Positions 61,351 through 64,000 of a DNA stretch of 64,000 bases are shown piece after piece. Numbering within the stretch: position 1 is the first letter of the stretch; each line of letters starts with the position of its first letter. Under the pieces are notes generated by a model. It searched no databases, was not told the origin of the DNA, and was given only the letters and a program-made list of their open reading frames with translations. The stretch is taken from NCBI RefSeq assembly GCF_008831285.2, contig NC_045138.2:43648001-43712000 (forward strand). Direction: 5' to 3'. This DNA comes from Nymphaea colorata. Taxonomy: Eukaryota. Both the position numbers and the translations under genes were made by a program.

Positions 61351-62695
61351 TTTGAAAGAAGAGTCCCATTCCTGGTGAATTTTTCAGATACCTGAGAATC
61401 ATCATGGCAGCATCCCAATGGACTTTCTTGGGCTTATCCATAAATTGACTCACTCTGCTGACAGCATAGGCAATATCAGGTCGAGTAACAGTGATATATA
61501 GGAGCTTCCCAACAATCCCTCTATATTGTCTAGCATCAACATCTTCAGTATCATCATCATACAAGCGAGTATTGATGTCCATGGGTGTAGAGGCAGGTCG
61601 ACATCCTAGCATACCTGTCTCTTGCAAAACATCAGTAACGTATTTCCTTTGGCACATGATAAGACCCTTCTGATTTCTAGCAAACTCAATACCTAGGAAA
61701 TAGCGTAGCTCACCAAGATCCTTGGTGACAAAGTGTCGTCCAAGGACACCCTTGATGTTGGAAATCCCCTGAATATCATCCCCTGTAACAATGATATCAT
61801 CAACATAGACAAGAACTATAACTGTACCTGTAGAAGTTTTCTTGACAAAAAGGGAATGATCAGCCGAAGAACGTCTGAAGCCCTCATTCTCAATATTCTC
61901 TGATAATTTTTGAAACCAAGCTCGAGGACTTTGTTTCAGACCATAAATTGCCTTTCTCAATCTACACACTTTCTGACACTCTCCCTCAGCAACAAACCCT
62001 GGTGGTTGCTGCATATACACTTCTTCATGTAGGTCACCATACAGAAAGGCATTTTTGACATCAAGCTGTGATAGAGACCAATTCTTGCTGACGGCCACAG
62101 CGAGAAGAACCCGTAAAGAAGCATGTCGTGCCACAGGAGAGAAGGTATCATAATAATCAACCCCATAAGTCTGAGTATAGCCTTTTGCAACCAGGCGAGC
62201 CTTATATCTCTCAATGCTACCATCTGCTCTGTATTTAACAGTAAATACCCATCGACAACCAACAATAGCTGCATCAGATGAAGGAGTAACTAGTGTCCAC
62301 GTGCCTCTAGACTGAAGGGCATCCATCTCTTCTTGCATAGCTGCGGCCCATTTGGGATCAGAAAGAGCGTCCATGGGAGTCTGTGGAAGAGCTACAGCCG
62401 ACAGTCCCTTGACAAACTGTCGGTAAGTAGGAGTGAGGCGAGCCATGGACAAATGACCAGAGAGAGGATGCATAGTGCAACTGCGTTTGCCTTTCCTTTG
62501 AGCAATAGGCATATCAAGTTCATTAATATGAGGACCAGAGAGAGTCCCCTGTGGCATCATCACATAAAGAATGGTCAGCAGGATTTGTGTGTTCAGGAAG
62601 TACCTTGGGCATGCTGGGTGAAGGCACAGGAGCACAGGGGGCAGGTTGAACAGGTTTAGTGCGACGTTGGTAAATAGCCCCAAAACGCGAAGCAA
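61229..62695 (-). CDS. Copia pol: reverse transcriptase
   Basis: RYKARLVAKG, QLDVKNAFLYG, YGLKQSPR, VYVDD, DADYAG. Confidence 0.92.
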   Translation of the reverse strand: MLRVLGLFTNVALNLFNLPPVLLCLHPACPRYFLNTQILLTILYVMMPQGTLSGPHINELDMPIAQRKGKRSCTMHPLSGHLSMARLTPTYRQFVKGLSAVALPQTPMDALSDPKWAAAMQEEMDALQSRGTWTLVTPSSDAAIVGCRWVFTVKYRADGSIERYKARLVAKGYTQTYGVDYYDTFSPVARHASLRVLLAVAVSKNWSLSQLDVKNAFLYGDLHEEVYMQQPPGFVAEGECQKVCRLRKAIYGLKQSPRAWFQKLSENIENEGFRRSSADHSLFVKKTSTGTVIVLVYVDDIIVTGDDIQGISNIKGVLGRHFVTKDLGELRYFLGIEFARNQKGLIMCQRKYVTDVLQETGMLGCRPASTPMDINTRLYDDDTEDVDARQYRGIVGKLLYITVTRPDIAYAVSRVSQFMDKPKKVHWDAAMMILRYLKNSPGMGLFFQNGTSLTISVYVDADYAGCHLDRKSTTGFCVYWIQLGHMEE

Positions 62696-63875
62696 CGGGT
62701 TGTGGATAACTCATGAGAGGTAAAGGAAGGTGGACTTCATCACTAAATTCAGGCACCCTTAATTGAGTTCCATTTGAAGAGAAATAAGAGGTGGACTCAA
62801 AAAATGTAACATCAGCACTGACATAATATCGACAAGTAGAAGGATCATAACAACGATATCCCTTTTGAGTGCGGGAATAACAAAGAAAGATCGTTTTGAT
62901 AGCCCGAGGGGATAACTTATCTCTCCCAGGACCAAGCAACTGAACAAAGGCAACACATCCAAAAATACGAGGTGCAACAGAAAACAATTCTCTGTCAGGA
63001 AAAAGAACAGAGAAAGGAATAAGATCTCCCAACACAGATGACGGCATGCGATTAATAAGATAGCATGCTGTAAGAACAGCATCTCCCCAATAAGAATGGG
63101 GAACATGGTTGTGTATGATAATGGTTCTGGCGACATCAAGAATATGGCGGTGTTTTCTTTCAGCAACCCCGTTTTGTTGAGAGGTATAGGCACAAGAAGT
63201 TTGGTGAATGATACCCTTATCCCTGAAAAATTGTTCTAAAGAGGAAGCACAGAACTCAAGAGCATTGTCAGAGCGCACAATCTTGACACAAGTATCAAAC
63301 TGAGTCAGAATTTCATTGATAAAATTTTTGATTACATGACCCGCTTCAGATTTGTGTTTCATAAGAAAAACCCAACTAACACGACTGTAATCATCAACAA
63401 CAACAAGATAATACCGATGACCCTGAAGGTCAGGAGTACGACTCGGGCCCCAAACATCAAAATGAAGTAACTCAAACACAGAGTGGCTACTTCTACTAGA
63501 CCGCGGAGGAAAGGATGACCGATGGTGTTTGCCTAACTGACAAGACTCACATTGAAAAGACGACTTATGAGACAGCTGAGGGAGAACATGCAGCAGTTTC
63601 TGAAACGGGAGATGTCCAAAACGTAAATGCCAAGTATAAGCCGAGGATGAGGACGACCCCGACGAGGTAGATCCAGCAAAGGGAAAGGAATGCACTAGCC
63701 TGTAGAGACCTCCCTGTTCACGGCCACTGCCAATCACCCTGCCCGTCAGTATATCCTGAAACACAAGAGAGGAAGAGTCAAATATAGCACGACAATTTAA
63801 TTCTCTGGTAATCTGACTGATAGAAAGTAGGCTATGGGGGAATTCTGGTGCATGAAGAACGTGCTGCAGCGGCAA
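62523..63875 (-). CDS. Copia pol: GAG-pre-integrase + integrase core
   Basis: [48 protein letters not shown]. Confidence 0.92.
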   Translation of the reverse strand: MPLQHVLHAPEFPHSLLSISQITRELNCRAIFDSSSLVFQDILTGRVIGSGREQGGLYRLVHSFPFAGSTSSGSSSSSAYTWHLRFGHLPFQKLLHVLPQLSHKSSFQCESCQLGKHHRSSFPPRSSRSSHSVFELLHFDVWGPSRTPDLQGHRYYLVVVDDYSRVSWVFLMKHKSEAGHVIKNFINEILTQFDTCVKIVRSDNALEFCASSLEQFFRDKGIIHQTSCAYTSQQNGVAERKHRHILDVARTIIIHNHVPHSYWGDAVLTACYLINRMPSSVLGDLIPFSVLFPDRELFSVAPRIFGCVAFVQLLGPGRDKLSPRAIKTIFLCYSRTQKGYRCYDPSTCRYYVSADVTFFESTSYFSSNGTQLRVPEFSDEVHLPLPLMSYPQPVASRFGAIYQRRTKPVQPAPCAPVPSPSMPKVLPEHTNPADHSLCDDATGDSLWSSY

Positions 63876-64000
63876 TGATGAAGTAAGTTGGACCTCTCCA
63901 TGTCCAACAACTGGTGAATCTTTTCCATCTGCTAGAATAACCGAACGACCCGGTGGAGTAGGGACGTAAGAGGTGAATTGCGTCTTATCCCCACAGAGAT

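Larger units (their letters stand above)
60684..64000 (-). mobile_element. Near-intact Ty1/copia retrotransposon (5' part outside the window)
   Basis: Long ORFs for integrase, RT and RNase H; reverse-complement PPT CTCCCCCT at 60849; the LTR ends TCTTAACA at 60848. The LTR outer boundary is a guess. Confidence 0.93.

Overview
Plant (angiosperm) nuclear DNA dominated by transposable elements, with one intact host gene. The gene is a 10-exon, minus-strand O-fucosyltransferase-family (GT106/DUF246) gene at 43744->23868. I reconstructed it by hand: 1875 nt CDS, 624 aa, all introns GT-AG with consistent phases. Two long introns (5.3 kb and 7.8 kb) are filled with TE debris. Around it lie: a non-autonomous CACTA element; a full-structure Ty1/copia (LTRs, PBS, PPT, TSD GCCAT) nested in an older related copia; two related Ty3/gypsy chromovirus-type elements, one nested in a long-LTR Tekay/Del-like gypsy; a near-intact copia running off the right edge; several MITEs with 8-bp TSDs; a solo LTR; and a 2.3-kb PIF/Harbinger-type element with unidentified cargo. 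I found no RNA genes, no CRISPR array and no clearly new protein system. The most unusual signals are a multi-template-switch rearrangement creating a ~224-bp near-perfect inverted repeat in intron 5, the Pack-like PIF element, and an unclassified, possibly pararetrovirus-like fragment at the left edge. All alignments were made by eye.
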